Shown here piece after piece: positions 63,396 to 64,000 of a DNA stretch of 64,000 nucleotides. Position numbers and translations under genes: made by a program. Origin of the DNA: Toensbergia leucococca (lineage: Eukaryota); NCBI GenBank assembly GCA_022813965.1, contig JALDZS010000008.1, forward strand, positions 186,001-250,000, written 5' to 3'. Positions within the stretch are counted from its first letter, which is position 1, and each line of letters begins with the position of its first letter. The notes beneath the pieces are model-generated. The model saw only the letters and a list, made by a program, of their open reading frames with translations. It was not told the origin of the DNA and did not search any database.

Positions 63396-64000
63396 ACTGG
63401 CGGGCAGATATTAGGTACGAGAGGCTGTAGTTATCAGTGGCGAAAGAAGTAGACAAGTGTCTAGAGATAGGTTCAGTTGAAGGAGAGTCGTGATCAGTGG
63501 TGAGAGTTGCTGGTCAGTTGGAATATCACACGTCGAGTAAGGAAATTAGCGCTGTTCTAGGTACGCGAATGGTCTAGCGGCTGATGGAACGGCGCAGCTG
63601 TCACCTATTCTCGAATCACCCACGTCACCTGCAGCAAGGTACCAAGACAACAAGACTCTACGAAGAGGGACGTGTGATGGATCCATTGATACGCCCATTC
63701 TAAAACGAGGCAGAAGAGGAGGCTTTTGAGCTATATTCTATCTCCCTTCATCGGGTCCTTGCATCACCTCGATCCCATGCCTTCTCTCTCCCGTGCTCAA
63801 ACATAATCATGTGCCACCAACCACTCCAAAACCAACTCCTCGTCACGCTCTTTATAACTTGCATTCCCTTGGATGGTATCAGAGACTTGGATGAGCCCTC
63901 GATCATAGGCTGCAGTGTCTTTGTCCTTGAAGAATATTGCAATATCTCTCTCCTGCTCATGACTTGCAAATCTCGTCAGACTTTCTTTGAAGAAGACATT

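Overview
Eukaryotic, intron-rich DNA from a filamentous ascomycete (Pezizomycotina). A lichen-forming lineage is plausible but is inference only. About 21 protein genes were reconstructed by hand from splice signals: ACB-domain tail-anchored protein, UBL-WLM protease, TRM9, CE16 esterase, Myb TF, tubulin cofactor B, MIF2/CENP-C, RNase H2A, DUF1264, DmpA peptidase, P450, PLC-like phosphodiesterase, Cys-rich orphan protein, UDP-glycosyltransferase, HeLo-like/ankyrin protein, PEX16, large WD40, MARVEL, MET17, peroxisomal acyl-CoA synthetase, Ser/Thr-rich membrane protein and YPT1/Rab1. There is also one dispersed 5S rRNA gene and several decayed gene relics. Best finding: the first intron of YPT1 is a nested spliceosomal twin intron ([D3,4] stwintron). 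An internal 59-nt intron splits the external donor GTG|AGT, and the one-step splice from the strong donor gives an immediate stop. Also notable: a tRNA-like Pol III unit with intact promoter and terminator but no acceptor stem, an in-frame TGA formed across a splice junction in an otherwise intact DUF1264 gene, three GC-AG introns, and recurrent C-rich to G-rich strand-skew switches. No transposon or CRISPR was recognised. All calls come from motif recognition; no database search was run.
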